From Kudoa neothunni (lineage: Eukaryota; Animalia; Cnidaria): DNA of 64,000 nucleotides. Position 1 is the first letter of the stretch. Each line of letters opens with the position of its first letter. This document shows positions 38,857 through 53,200 of the stretch, piece after piece. The stretch is from NCBI GenBank assembly GCA_964304625.1, contig OZ199838.1, positions 1,148,809-1,212,808 of the forward strand, in the 5' to 3' direction. The position numbers were made by a program, and so were the translations under genes. The notes beneath the pieces were generated by a model that saw only the letters and a list, made by a program, of their open reading frames with translations, had not been told where the DNA came from and ran no database searches.

Positions 38857-41800
38857 GGCACGGTAACCAATATCTCCACAACTGCTTCTCAGTTTCCAAC
38901 CATACTTCACATACTAATTAACTGATTTTTTTCCTACAAATATAAAACATACATTTATCGTCGTTAATACCTCATTAAACAGAATAAGAATTTTAAACTC
39001 GTAAATATTAAATTATTATCAAAGTATATGACTCCATTAAAATTAAACATAACTAATATTTCCATAATAAGCAACAAATGGTCCATTGCCATTACTCACT
39101 TGGTTGTGCAGGCAGGGCATGACCTCCCTCAGCGTTGCGAACCCAAATCGGACAAAGCAGATTTTTTGTAAAAACGGAACTAATATTTAATTATATGTAT
39201 AAAAATTACGTTAATTTATAATTAATTCAGAAACTTCAAATTTATGACATCATTTTGTCAATATGTTGAAAAAATTCCTCATTAGAACAAGACTGCCTAA
39301 TGTAGAGCACAACATTCTATTTCTTTTAATTTTTTTCGATAATTCCAGGCGAGAAAATGCTATTTCTGGAGAAGCGTTAATCTGAGCTAGAGGAAGTAAA
39401 GATTTGCAGTATTTTTCGATAGAATTAAAATTTCTTTGCCGATAAACAATGTCCAAAAAGGTGATTGTTAATAATTTTGTCAAACAAAGTTTGTTTTTGA
39501 GCCTATTCAATTTCTTTAATTTCAAACGATTCTATTACAGTCTATCGTTCGATTTATGAATTTCAAGTAACAACTATACCTAAATGTGGTTTTACTTGTA
39601 TGTGCGATCATTCATTCATTCATTAAAATTAAGAAACATTAGTCAAGTAGATAATATTTAGCTAACTCTTAATTTGTTTAGGTAATACCTAAAATAAGGA
39701 TTTTTTGACAATTGATAACAAACACTTGTAATGATAACTTAGCATTGGATATCACTAACATCGGAGTCTTTTTTTTAATTCGAACACAAAAATCTCTTCG
39801 TAATAATTCCAAAATGGTTCATGGTCACGATAAAACTGTGTATTGCCGCTAATAATGGTGAAAAATCCAAAATGTTGGTTTTAACAGGAGCATAAAATTA
39901 AAAATGTGTTCATTTTGAAGAAATTTGAGCATGTTTTTCTAAGCTCAATTTTTGTATTACGTGGGCTTTAAGAATTATTAAAATTCCTAATTATATCTTG
40001 TGTTTGGTGAAATTCTATTGCAGATATTTTAATTTTATATAAATCATTGTTCCAAGTATAAAATTTTCTACTCGAAGAATTCTCGTAATGAAGTCAGCAA
40101 CGATTAAATTCCATTTTGTGTGAATTTGCAAAAACTCCGTATCTTTGAAACTTTGTTTCGCGATTATTCAGTCTTTCGAAGAACACGAGTAAAAATCGGA
40201 CAAGTTTGAAAACACTGACCTCCTTATTTCATACATTTGTTCGCGCCGTTTCTTACATTGGAATTTTTATCACAATGAGAAAAATAAAAATATGTAACTG
40301 CCACAAAAATATATTTAATGGAATAAAATGTTAAATTTTCATTATATTTTACTTAGAAGCATTCGATTGTTGTTTTCCTTTTTTGGCAAGCTTGTCGCTG
40401 TTAATCCTTGACCCCAAGGTCTTCCTACAGATTCTACCTTATTAGGAAGAATAAGACGTATTATATATTATTTTAATTTAAACATGTAATAAGATGCGAT
40501 TAAAATTGTTGTATGTCGATACGTGCGTTAGATTGGAAATATTATGTGGATTGGAATTACAGTCATCTTCCGATATTCCATTTATTGTTTCTTCATCGAC
40601 TGACTGCTCAATTATTATTGCGTGGATCGTAATTTCTAATAATAATAAGCAGCGATAATCTGAACGATAATGCTACAACAAGAAGATTCTTAAACAATTA
40701 TTACCTGCAGAATTTTCGCTTTTTTTGTTGCAGGAGTCTTCAACTTTACTAACTTCTATGATAGAAACTTCTTTGTAGGAGTTTTAGATTATATTAACTT
40801 TATGATAAATAAAAATAATAATTATCAGCATAAGTACTTTTTCCAATTATGTCGTCCAACTTACTTGAATCGTGTTCTCTCCTGACATTTTCATGGGATT
40901 TAAGAGCCTGAATGCATTTCTGATAATTTCTCCATAAAATTCAGATGATGTTGATTGTTGATGCCAATTTAGTTGTTAAAATTACTTCATGTGTTTAATC
41001 TTTGCGAATAAAAATTGAGATTTAGATTTTTTAACATTTGAATGAAATATTTAGTGAACTCTGATTAGGAATATTCGGAGAAGGGATATAAGATAAGATA
41101 AGAAATTATTGATATGTTCCCTTGTCCACCGAAAATGGCAGAACGAAGGTTCAAACAGCTCTAAAGATAAGTCATTCCTTATTTTTAGTACATGTCGACA
41201 TGAAAGATGATAATTTCGGTAAAACCTGCATGAACAGTAGTTTATGGGCGTATCTCGTAATTTGTTTAAGTTTTCCGTGGTCTTTGCAGATAATAATTCT
41301 TCATCGACTATTTTAGCCGCAAACGATGTTAGGAAGTTTCGAGTATCTATTTCCCGTCTCACATTTTGCAGACAGTTAGAGAATTATTAAGAAATTATCG
41401 AGTTGTGTTGCAACTTCATTCTATCCTCATTGAATGATGATCAAAAAAGCGTTTTATAAATTCGGGTAACTTGGAAAACTTTCCAATAACGGGGTTTAAG
41501 TTTCCCATTTATAGCCTCGAGGCGGTTATTCGTAGTATTAACATAGTAATGTCTAGCTTTGTTTACTCCAATGACCCACTCATCCGATATTGTCTCCCAG
41601 TTTTTTTTTAAATAGTTTGTGGCTTCAGGAATTCCAAAACTACAAAGCTCATTGCATGGAGTATCGAAAACCATTCTATCATCTACGTAAAACATTTTTT
41701 CTATTAAATCTAAAATTTTCTCTGTTTCATCCTTACTAATGTTGCATTTGGATAATAATATCTCTCTTTGAAATATTTGCAAGACGTGAAATTTTCCCAA

Positions 41801-43458
41801 CGATAAATTAACATTAATACAACATTTCTTCAGGCATTTGCGTAATTTTAGGTCCTCGTCTGTGATGGCCGTCGTAACATTGGATTTATTCCAAGGAGTG
41901 ATTTGAGTTAATTCGTTCAAATACCATAGAATGGTTTCTTTGGTCTCATCAAACAGAATTCCAACATTTGTTATGTGCGTAAAATCCAATGGGTCTTCCG
42001 CTGCCATCAAATACAAAGGAGCTCTGAAAGATTTTATGAAATTAACCACAATGTTATGCTATATTGATTGCATTATAGTAATTCTACGTTGAGTCCAAAA
42101 GCTTATATGTCGCATCAATCATTAAAAGTTCTGAGAAGAATATTAGCACTCTTTTCATTGCTTCGTCAACAAATAACACGCCGCAAATTTCAGTTTCTTT
42201 ATTGGAAAGAACCCTTACATGACATTTGCGATCTATTGTAAGCATGTTATAAACCAACAAAAAACAATCATCTTTTGTGGAAATTTTCGTGTTTAAATTA
42301 TGCAATGCTTTCAAAGTAACAACCCCCACAGTTCCCTTGTTAAAGTGTGACAGACTCAACTTCTTGTTGGCGCCAACAACAATTAAATTGGCTAAGATTG
42401 GGTCCGACCAATCAATTTTCCTATGAGGTGGTAAGTATTAAATGACAATAGGATCACAGTTGTGGTTATGATTTTTTTTGATTGATTTTCTCTCAAGGAA
42501 TTGACCAGTATCTCTCACTCTTAGAGATATATAGAAAGGACATCCAACTTTAAATGATGGTTTATTCCTTTTTTCCAGTTCCACGATTTTCATGTTATAT
42601 CGCAAAAAATCAGACGTATTTTATTTCATAATAAACAATTAAAGGGGTACGGTATCTATTAATTCGCTTTTGTGCATTTTCCAAAGATCTCGGATTGTAT
42701 ATTTTAGGATTACAACATTTATTCTGTTTATGCGCATAAATTGTTTCACGTAGTGAATCAAATGTGGTGAACTTCTTACTTAACCCAAAGTAAATTTTTT
42801 CGTCATTGCATTGACTTGTCAGCTCCATAACTATGATTTTAAAATTTCGCAACTATGCATATTCATACGTCGTATAATTATCACTGTCTTAAAATAAAAC
42901 TGAAAGCATTAAAATTACAACTAATATAGAAAGAATCCAAATATCTTAGTTCTAGGATCTTTATTCCAAGTAAATTCCTAAATTTTGTTTACTACATTCT
43001 TGTTGGCAGTTGATTATCAATGAATAATCATAAAATATCTGTAACATCATATGTTACAAATATACAAAATTGAGGTTAAATATTCAAAATTCATATTTAA
43101 CATAAAATTAAAAATAGGTTTGTATATTTTTGACGTAACCTCGTAAAATTAATTAGTTGCGAGCCTTGGCGCGTAGCGTAGTTTTTGGGAGCACAACCCT
43201 GTGAATAATGGCGGTGGACCATTTGTTTCTTATTATGGAAATATTGGTTATAACTATTTTTAATATAGTCATATGCTTTAATAATAATGTAAGATTAACG
43301 ACGCTAAAATTCTTATTCTGTTTAATGAAATATTCACGACGATAAACGTATGTTTTATATTTATATGAAAAATTTTGCAGGAAAAAAAATCAATCAATTA
43401 ATTTGTGAAGTATGGTTGAAAATTGAGAAGCGGTTGTGGAGATATTGGTTACCGTGTC
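38857..43458 (-). mobile_element. Mutator-like (MULE) element with about 250-bp TIRs and a decayed SWIM-finger transposase
   Basis: TIRs at 38857-39108 and 43191-43458 (GGCACGGTAACCAATATCTCCACAAC / GTTGTGGAGATATTGGTTACCGTGTC). Frameshifted transposase at about 40360-42852: ELLMIDATYKL, AITDEDL, LGKFHVLQIF, NTTNNRLEAINGKLK, SWIM finger CSCRFYRNYHLSCRHVL, C-terminal GRPWGQGLTATSLPKKRK. Confidence 0.88.
39130..40217 (-). mobile_element. Non-autonomous hAT element nested in the MULE
   Basis: Termini CAGCGTTGCGAAC / GTTTGAAAACACTG with 8-bp TSD ACCTCCCT / ACCTCCTT. ORF 39250-39525 carries the hAT dimerization motif LLPLAQINASPEIAFSRLELSKKIKRNRMLCSTLGSL. Confidence 0.85.
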
Positions 43459-44145
43459 AATGGTCACTGCCAGAATGAATATAGATTGAAGAAACGTCAA
43501 TCCTTTTTCTTTGCCTTCTTGTGTTTTTGTTCAATAATTTGCCTACGAATGAGCATTAATAATATAAACTAAACACATTTCATTAAATAATACATGTTTG
43601 TATATTTATCAGTTTACAGATGTAATGTAAATAAAATTTTGGGCCAAGACGAGATTTTCCCATAGATAATTTGCTTAATGGATTAATTTCATTTACGCCC
43701 ATTATAATTAATTATAATTAGAAATAATGATTTCGAACTAAATTTTATATGGTTCTTTACTAACTCATACGTATTACTTTTTAGAAAAAAATAAAAATAT
43801 TGCAATTAATTTTCACAAATTATAAAAAAAATGAAATAAAATAAAAAAATAATAATTAGAATAAAAGTGTGTAATTATCTCGATAGGTTAAAAGTAATAA
43901 AAATTAATTATTATTATTATTATAATCGTTTTTTTCGTTAACATACGTCTAAAATATTGAAGACAAGTAGTGGCGAATAATATCGATTGACTCCATATCT
44001 TGTAGGAAAAATGTATATACGATCACATAATACTGACTTGTGATGTACTCATGATAGAATATAAATTCTATTTTATATAGTAAAAAAATATTAACACCGA
44101 ATAAAAACTATAAATTAAAACATTCACTTGTCAGTATTGTTTAAG

Positions 44146-46482
44146 ATGTTGAATTTTTTGGTTTATTCCGTTTTTCTTGGCTATATCCAGTATGTGTCCG
44201 GTAAAAAATCCATCAAATACCCAGTATAATATATTATTTTAACAATAACAAATAATCGAAATTTATCAAGGATTTGTTGCTTACTCTCGACTACAACAAA
44301 TACACCGTTACATATTTTAAATGTAGTTTCCACAATGAATATTACTTTGGTATGCAATGTCTTCAATTCAACCAACATGAGTGCTCCGGTATAAGATGAA
44401 TGAACTTAAATTTTTAATATAATTACAAAGAATTTGATCCAAATACAAGATTATCAAGAATTCAACTTGAATCCAAGTGTATAGAGGAATATGCCAAGAA
44501 GAAAAAATTAAAAGGAGCTATGATTATTATTCAAATTCCAACTAAATATTTAAATCCAAAGTGATAGGCTATAAATGTGAAAATGTTAATTTTATGTTTA
44601 TAAAGGTTGATAACAACATATGATGATTTTTTTGACAGGTTATCTGTGCGTAGTGTATTGATTAATAATAATCGTTATCCTATAATCTATAAAATCATGA
44701 CATTATCAGATAAAGTATTTTACGATTATTTGGCATCCAATGTCCATTTAATGCCATTCAGATTGGTAATCTATTCATATACTTCCAACAAATCATTTTG
44801 TAATATTCGTTTCTTTTAGCCAGATGGATCAGCTACTTATAGATCAGTAATTAGAAATTTTATTCACTTTATTTTATATTAAAACTCTTGTCATTCAATT
44901 ATTTCACTAGAAAAATATAAAAAATTTTAATTATTTTAATATTTGTTAACACTTATATGTTAGGAATATGTTGATCATGTTTATTTGAGCGTCGATGAAA
45001 TGAAAATTACGTTTGGATATTTTACAAGAAGGGATCATAAAAATCCAGACATAAAAATATATAGATCCTTAAATTTATCTCTGCCATTCTATTCAAAGAC
45101 AATACCAGGTTTTGGATACAGACATATCTTACCCTATATATTTTACCATTTATATAATGTAATATTTTTTACGAATATTATAACTATTGTTGTATAGACT
45201 GGCGAATATTTTGTTGATGATAATATAAATCATATCAAATTTCCTTGTTCGTCAATAGATACAATTATAACCACCTCTGAACTAGACTCCATAAATTGGC
45301 CATTCAAAGACAAAATATTTTTGGATACAATAAGCATCGATGGCACCGATGATTATCCTCTTTGTGTTCAATTGATTAAGGATTCAATATTTACCTCAAA
45401 TAGTTCTCATTTGTGGAATGATATGACAGACCTATTGCTCCAAACTCAATTTCCAATAAAAATTGGAAGCTATAAATTAAATGTATAATTTTATATTAAA
45501 CTTGATAATAAAATATTTCATTAATATATTTGTGCGTTATAGATACATAATGTCAAAACAAGTTCTCTTAGTGATGAATACGAATCACTGGAAAATATCA
45601 AATTATTATCCCAATCTGCTGATAGTAGATATATTTACAAAAGCAATGGATCGTTGAAATCCCCGGAAAATGCATATGAATACTTAAATGAAGTGGTTTT
45701 AAGAATTTATAACTACCTTCTTATTGAGGTTTTCGCAAACTCAGCGAATCACCGTCGTAAAGAATACCTCTATTTAACTCGTGTATATAGGTTGTGTTTA
45801 TTTACATTGAAATATTTTCTCTTATTATTACAGGACTTTAAGTATGATTCGAAATATGAATTTATGAATTATCAACAAATGTTGAAACAATTGAAATGTA
45901 ATATTTTGGCTTTTTTCATAGATTTTACAATTTTTGTATTAAGCTAATAATGCCTATGATGTGGAATTAACGGATATCGGAACAGGTGTAGACCAAGAAT
46001 CGAATGAGGAAACCGAATCGTCCGATGAAAATTCTGAGTCAGAGGAATCTCCTCTACCTGGAGACAAATCCAGCGATAACCAACTCAGCGAAAAGAGTGA
46101 AACTGATTCCACACAGGTCGATGAGAAAACAAGTGATTCTTCGTCTTCGTCTTCACATGTCGATCAGGAAGAAAAAGATCCTACTGAAGCTGATGAGGAA
46201 ACAAATGAGTCTCTGTTTTCACAAGTCGATCAGGAAGAAAAAGATCCTACTGAAGTTGATGAGGAAAACTCGGATGAACAAGAAAGTGATAAAGGCTCAA
46301 ACGAATCCGCTGAAGATTCTAATTCAATACAGGAAACCACAGTTGTTGCCCAAAAGTCGAAATCAAATTCCTCAATGTGGATTAAAATATTCGTTCCGGT
46401 TGCGATAATAGTAATTCTCCTATCAATTGGCATATGCATCTTCATTGCCAAAAGGAGATCTAACAGTAATAAAGATATTTGA
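44146..46482 (+). CDS. Orphan type I membrane/surface protein (signal peptide, globular ectodomain, acidic S/E/D stalk, TM, short tail; 10 exons)
   Basis: Nine GT-AG introns join an uninterrupted frame: MLNFLVYSVFLGYIQYVSG (signal-like) ... acidic stalk with a 22-aa repeat ... TM WIKIFVPVAIIVILLSIGICIFIA, tail KRRSNSNKDI*. No family recognised. Confidence 0.8.
46159..46270 (+). repeat. 66-bp coding tandem repeat (VDQEEKDPTE[A/V]DEE)
   Basis: gtcgatcaggaagaaaaagatcctactgaag occurs twice, 66 bp apart. Confidence 0.9.
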
Positions 46483-48772
46483 ACTAATAATTCATCATAA
46501 ATTATTAACTATTTATTTATTTAACTTATTGTTGTTGTATTGAGTGTTACGTGTTTTTTATGTTAGTGCGAAACCAAAACTAGACTTGGGAGTTATACTT
46601 TCATTCAAAATTTATCAATCTACTAGTTATTCAAACAGTAAAATAATATAATAGGATAAAAATGAAGTTTATTATCCATTGATTGATAAGTGAAAATTAA
46701 AAAACAACGAAAAAAATATAAATAAAAGTGATTTTCACGGTTACTTATGGATTTTTTATAACCTAAGAGAGACCAAATGTATCACGCAAAACGCAAAATG
46801 ACGGTACCTTCCTATACGGATGCGTGTGTGTATAATATAGCACAGATTACATAACTGCGAAAAATATTTCCACAAAAGTTACATTAACAAGAAAAAAAAA
46901 ACAATTTATTTTAACGATAAAAAAAACTTAAATAAAATGAAATAAATACTACTGATAATAAATTCAATGTTAAAACATTTTCATTGTTTTTTTGAGAAAT
47001 TGAGTTGATGCGAGGATCTTCATTAGATATATATATATAATCAGAATTTATAAACGAACCAGATCTTTAACCTTCGGAAGACGGAACTCAAAAAAAATTA
47101 CGCTTGTGCCGCGAGGAGTATCTAAGGTAATCCAAAAGTTTTTCAATTTAATTCGTTCACTTGGATAAAAAATTTGTTTTATGTGGTTATTACTTGATAA
47201 AACATAAAAATAACATCCCCAAATGTAAAAATATTCAACCAGTTAGGAAAAAAATACGGTAGATAATCGATTTTCCGTACTAAATTGATTCGTGCGCAGA
47301 CCATTAAAATATTTTGAAATGATGTAATATAATAAAATTCACAATTATCAACTTTTAGAAAGATTTTTTATTTTTTTAACATAAATAAAAGAAAGTCTGG
47401 TGGTTATGCATTTAGATCGCTATCGTTTTTAGTAATGTGGTTTTGAATCGAAATACTTTTGTAGTTGGACTTTGAAAAATAAATTATTCGTTTATTGAGA
47501 GATAATGATTAACATGAGGAAATCAATTCGACATTATTGTTTCGATAGGTTTCAAATCAGAAATAGGCACGAGATCAAAATCGCCAAAGAATGTAAAAGA
47601 TTCACCAGCCCAGCTATCAATCGGAAATTTTTAAAAAATGGAAAAATAAACTTGAATTCATGTCTAAATTATTTGCACCGTTATCATTTATGTAACTAAG
47701 CAAAACAAATGATTTTGAAAATTAGGGTTGGAGTTGAAAAGTTACGTAAAATTGATAATCCTTATTTAGAAAAAAAAATCTTTAATGAATTACTTATTTT
47801 TGGTAATTTTTAATCGCATAAAATAAAATGTATTAATTTACACATATAATTCCAACTCTGATAACTACACATAAGAGAAGAAAAAGTAAAAGTACGTATA
47901 ATCGATTACCCACTGTACAAGCGATTCGTAGCAATCATTTTTAAGAAAAAAAGCGAGAATAAACAAGAAATTCCTCCAAAATATAGGTTGTGCTTGTATA
48001 AATCTATTAACTAATTATTGGAAAACTCAAGGTTGACTTTCAAATGAGTTACTAAATCCAAATCGTAGGAATAATTCCTTACCTTCAAATAACTATCTTT
48101 TCTGTTGTAATTTATATTTTATGATAAAAATTAAGGCTGATGTAAAAAGAAGAAATCAGATCGGAAAAAAATAAATATTAATCGACCTATAGTTTGAAAA
48201 TTAATCTATTACCAAGGGCGCTCATGTCTTACAATAATTTCAGAATTATCTAAAATCTTTTCGGATTCTTCCAGTAGAAAATAAAAACAATAATTCGTCT
48301 AATTTTTATTCCTTTTATTCAAGTAAAAACTAATTTCTAATTATTAATGTTTAATTAAAATTAAATAAATAAGAAATATAAGAGAATTAAAGGCCTCTTA
48401 CACTAAATTAGAGGTGCACAAACTGTGGTTTTGAGGGCCGAATCCTGCGTCAATGAGCTTTTTTGTGGCCCACAATGAACTCTAATCAACTTCATATTAA
48501 TGGTGTATTTTTAAATGAAGTGAATAAAAGAATTCGGTTACTTAAATTCACTTGGTTTATCTAGTTATTGAATATATCGATAACACCTAAAGAAGCTACT
48601 AAAAAAATTTATTGGAGTGTTTTTTTATATGCGAACCATTAGGAACGAAACATCAAAAAACTCTCTAAATAGGAAAAAGGCTTTATTGCTATAAGCCAAT
48701 TCACAATTTGATACAGAAAAAAAGGTTTTTTTTAATCTAGCTTCATGTACCAATTTTAATTATTTCTTCCTT

Positions 48773-49193
48773 TTTTTTTACTTGCAATGTAAAACCCATG
48801 GCGCAACTTATTATTATTATTAGGTTGTGGAATTCTGGTAGGTCAGACCTCTTCCATTAATGTTTTAGTCACCGCAGGACGTAACATGAAACCCCGTCCC
48901 TTATCTTTATGTGATAATGTGGGACTTTAACACATCGAACTTATTAATCTCAGGGCGACCACTACCCCAAACCCTATCCCTTTAAGGACGTTGGCTCTGT
49001 GAGGGCTGCAAATTACTTGCCTTTCGATGGGTTCCGGAGATTCAAACTCCTATTCAGGTTCACCCCATTTCAGAGCGAGCGTACATTTTAACCATAGCTA
49101 CCAAATATTGAATATAGACCTACCGGTGGATTCGAACCCATTACCTCGTGGTTCTGAGTCCGAATGTCACATCAATGTGCTATCTGTCCTCGG
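48773..49193 (-). mobile_element. tRNA-derived SINE, copy 2
   Basis: Inverted homologue of 22403-22862 with an intact B-box-like GGTTCGAATCC, an expanded (TAA)n near the 3' end and an A9 tail. Confidence 0.78.
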
Positions 49194-52100
49194 CTCAATT
49201 AATTCTTCTTGGGTGAGTATGGAGGAGAAGAAAATCATACAGGTACTGGACGGATTTATGATTTAAAAGTTTGCTTGAAAATGATGATCCAAAGTTTAAG
49301 TTCAGTTAAACTAAGAATAATAATCAAAGTACGTTTTATAAACGATGTGAAATAATAAGGTATTTATATTGTACGTAAAATCAAAGTTTTCGGATAATTT
49401 CTATAAGAAAAATAAATAACACGTAAAATAAACTTCGATAAATAGGATAAACATCAGTTAGAGCTAATAACGAGCACATATTAAAGGACAATTTAGACTG
49501 AACTTCACATATGCTCACACAACCATTAAGCTTACCCAAAGTATATCTCATATTTAATTCAACTTATTTTTATTTTATTTCCAGGTAAAAATTTCTGAGA
49601 TTCAAAAAAGAATTTACGACGGGAATAGAAAATTTAATGACGCCCGGACAGAAATTATTGTTTTATTCAACAGGGACAAATATCTTTTTGCTACGTCTAT
49701 CGGTATTCAATTCAAAACATTTAGTAAATTTATTATTTATGAATTATTCTGAATATTGCGTTTCAAAATTTGTAAATTTAATCAAAATATGAGCTATAAC
49801 TTTAGGTTTAAAGTTTCTGACCTCTGAAAGTTTTCAAAAGTTAAAATTTGGTCCGAGGCTCCGAAAGTTTGTGCACAATTGCATTAAATACTATTGGTTC
49901 GTTTTTCAAAAAGGAGTTTACTATCTTATATATTTAAGGAAAATTTTTTTATTAGATTAGTTTAAAGTTTATTTGATATCAAAAGATTACATGGAAAATA
50001 ATAGAGAGAATAGAAATTTCGAAAAATAATGTAATTGGAGTTCTTAAAATACCCCCTACGTCCCGTAAGGATTAATACTTAAATAAAAAATATCGGATAT
50101 AAATATTCGCGCATGCGGGGGATGTTAGATTTATAATTCTTCTATTTTAATTATAGGTTTAAAAATTAAACTAGGAAACTAAATAATTGACATAATCTCG
50201 AATTTAAATTTTTTATTATATAATTTTTTAGCGAAAATTAATTTTAACCAGAAATATAAAAATTTAAAAAACGTCAACTAAAATTATCTAAAAAACTTTG
50301 TTTCGATGCTTATTAAACTTGAATTCGTACTTTCCTTGTAGTTTACATAAAAAATATACACATTAGGTAACCGATAACACGCCCTTTCATTAATATGACG
50401 TATTCAGAGTTTAAACTAGGTGAAACGTTTTATAATATTTTTGTGATTGTAAAAAGATAAAAGTCTTAAAAACATTTTTGAATTAAGCTTGGAATTTACC
50501 AATCCGCTATATCACATGACCAAGAGATAATACGGTTTTTTCGGCCAACCCACGTAGCTTTATTTTTGTTTATTGGAAGCGAGAGTAAAATATAAATTTG
50601 AATGGTTGAATTTTTGTAGGAATTTTAAAATTAATGAAATAATAATAATAATCTAAAAGCGCAATAATAATCGCCATTTGACATTGCAATATACGGTGTG
50701 TCCAAATTAAATAGTATGGTGAACTTTTTAAACTTTTATCATCAAAATACCAAAACTTTTTTTCATATGGCGGTAAAAATAAATACGAAATAAAAAAATA
50801 TTTATAATTTAATATAACTGACTATTTACTAGGTTTTATCCAAATGTTAAATTATATAAATATTTTATTAAAAAATATGGCTTAAACAAAATTTACAAAG
50901 AATTTTTCAGCCATATAATCTTAATAATGTATTTTTAGTTATTCTAATCTAAAAATAAGTTGTATTACTCATTCTAAAAATAAAGAAAACAAATAAAAAT
51001 AACTTCGCGTACATTTTTAATTGCGTACTTATCGTTTGCAACGTTTAGTATGCACATTTTTATGGTCCCCAGGGGATTACATACTATCGGAAACCTATTG
51101 CAATATACTTATTAAGAATGCAATCCATTTTGGCAAATTCTATAATTTGTTCAGCATTCCATTAAGAAAAAAATTGACTAAATCACAGTGTACATAATCT
51201 TCGTTCGGTTGTCGTGAGCATTCGCAAATGTTCGTATCGAGTATTTTTTGCAAAAAATATTCATATTCGAAGGTACAAAAACCATTTCAATGTTTGATTC
51301 TAGTTGCTCTATATTTTACCTTGAATATATTGTAAAAATTTTACAAAATGTAGGATTTCTACATTAATTTTTATAAATGTGGGTATGATGAGAATATGTA
51401 CATGGCAGTTAAGAAGAATGTAAACGACGAGAATCTATTCAAGTGCATTGTTTGTAGGAAACGATTTTCCACTCAAGATAGGATAATGCAGTAGGTGACG
51501 GCCCGTACGCACCTTCCATGATTTAATGGCTTACACGATACTGTTACTAATTAAAATCATTGGAATAATAACATAACAATTATAATGAATTATTAAAACC
51601 TTAGTTTTTGTTTTAATTCGCTGTAAATAAGAATTAGCTCAAGTTTACGACTCGAGGACACTTTAAGATAACTAAACAGCTTCGTTCTTTGAAAGATAAA
51701 GTGGATATAATGGCATTTTATGAAAGAATATCGAATATAAAAAACAGAAAAACTAAAATTCTCAATTATTTAACTGAAATCTCTATACTCTTTAAATAAG
51801 ATTTTGGCTAATAACGAATCCATTATGAAGTCTCATAATGGAATGAAAATTATAAATAACCACAAAACATTTAAAAAATTTATTATTTCTATGAATGATA
51901 CTCTAATGTATTTGAGAAAAATGTACTAATTTTTCAGAGAACGTATTTATCAAATGTTATCTACGGTCTTAAATCTAGAAACGTCGATTTACTATTCAAC
52001 AATGTCAGAGCTTTACCAATAAAATATTGATAACTTTTTCAAAGCAAAATCCAACTAATAAGTACGATAAGAACTTTTAGTTATATTTTATTGAGTATAT

Positions 52101-52759
52101 TAAATTTATTTTGATTACTAACTCTTATTCCTACTTCTCTTGAGTACAGAAAATAATTTATTTGTTACTTAACACTTCCTTAAGGTATAATGATTCATTA
52201 TGTTTTCTGCATGTTTTTATTTAAAATCGTCCAAACCTTATGATTAAAATAAAAAATAATTTTGATTGTAATAAAATTGGATATGTGAATTGCATGTATT
52301 ATTTTTTTTAATTTTTTTGACAGAAATCATCGGTAATATCATCACGTTGTCTAAATGGTTTATTTCTACAAATTAAAGTCAAGGATCGACTAGATTAATC
52401 GCATTTAATCTTTACATGGTTGCTATAAGAAAATTTTATTTTATTAATATACTTTTGGATATAAATGCAAACATTGTGATAAACAAGAGAGACTGAATTG
52501 CAAGATACCATATTAACATTTTGCTTTGTTCGCGTGTGTCATGACGGATCGTGGGCACCTCGAACCCAATTCCCATTTTAGTGTCCTCGACCCCTCAACT
52601 ACTGTATTTGAAACGTCGAGGCTTTCTTTGCGGATTATTTATATTGTGGTTGATGCCATCATCCAAATATGGCCTATGAAGCTTTACATCAGCATTTGGA
52701 TATATATCAACAAATTCAACAATATTAAAATTAAAACCCATTGTTGGGAACATAATGAT

Positions 52760-53200
52760 TTTAAAATTAGGCGAAGAACCCAGTGAAATTGGGGGAGACA
52801 AAATAATCTTCCAAATTGATAGAACCGCCTTCTCAAAAAGGAAATATGGTGTAGAACAACTTTTAAAGGGTCCGTAAGATTAAATAATAGGTGGAGTTGA
52901 TGAAGAAGTAGATTCTTTAAAACTAAAAAATTTCACACAGGTAAGTTCTCGAAAATATTATTTTAGATAATGTCAACTTGGGCTCGACCTTACGGACGGA
53001 CGATTGGCGTGGTTACAACAATTTAAATATTTGAGATTAATTCACGGAACATTTATCCATTAAATACAGTTAGTTCCTCTCGTCATATGTTATACAATTC
53101 GTATAGAATATACTTGAGGAACATTAAAGCAAAAGTACCAGCATTCCATTTATAAAATATCCTAGAATCTAGGCAACTATATATCTGACTAATTGTTTAA
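52760..53200 (+). pseudogene. Merlin / IS1016-ISXO2-like DDE transposase relic
   Basis: Frameshifted motifs EIGGDKIIFQIDRTAFSKRKYG, IIGGVD and ILDNVNLGSTLRTDDWRGYNNL, typical of ISXO2-like/Merlin transposases. Confidence 0.75.

Noticed and set aside
46190-46202. CTGATGAGGAAAC hammerhead-ribozyme-like core
   Set aside because: No flanking stems; it simply encodes ADEET in the acidic stalk.
46004-46451. Overlapping alternative-frame and antisense ORFs (134 aa, 73 aa)
   Set aside because: Shadows of the low-complexity coding exon. The same applies to antisense ORFs over actin, the ACSL genes and the Kunitz gene.
49120-49193. Functional tRNA gene
   Set aside because: No acceptor-stem pairing, and it is fused to a 350-bp body repeated at 22403, so it is a SINE head.
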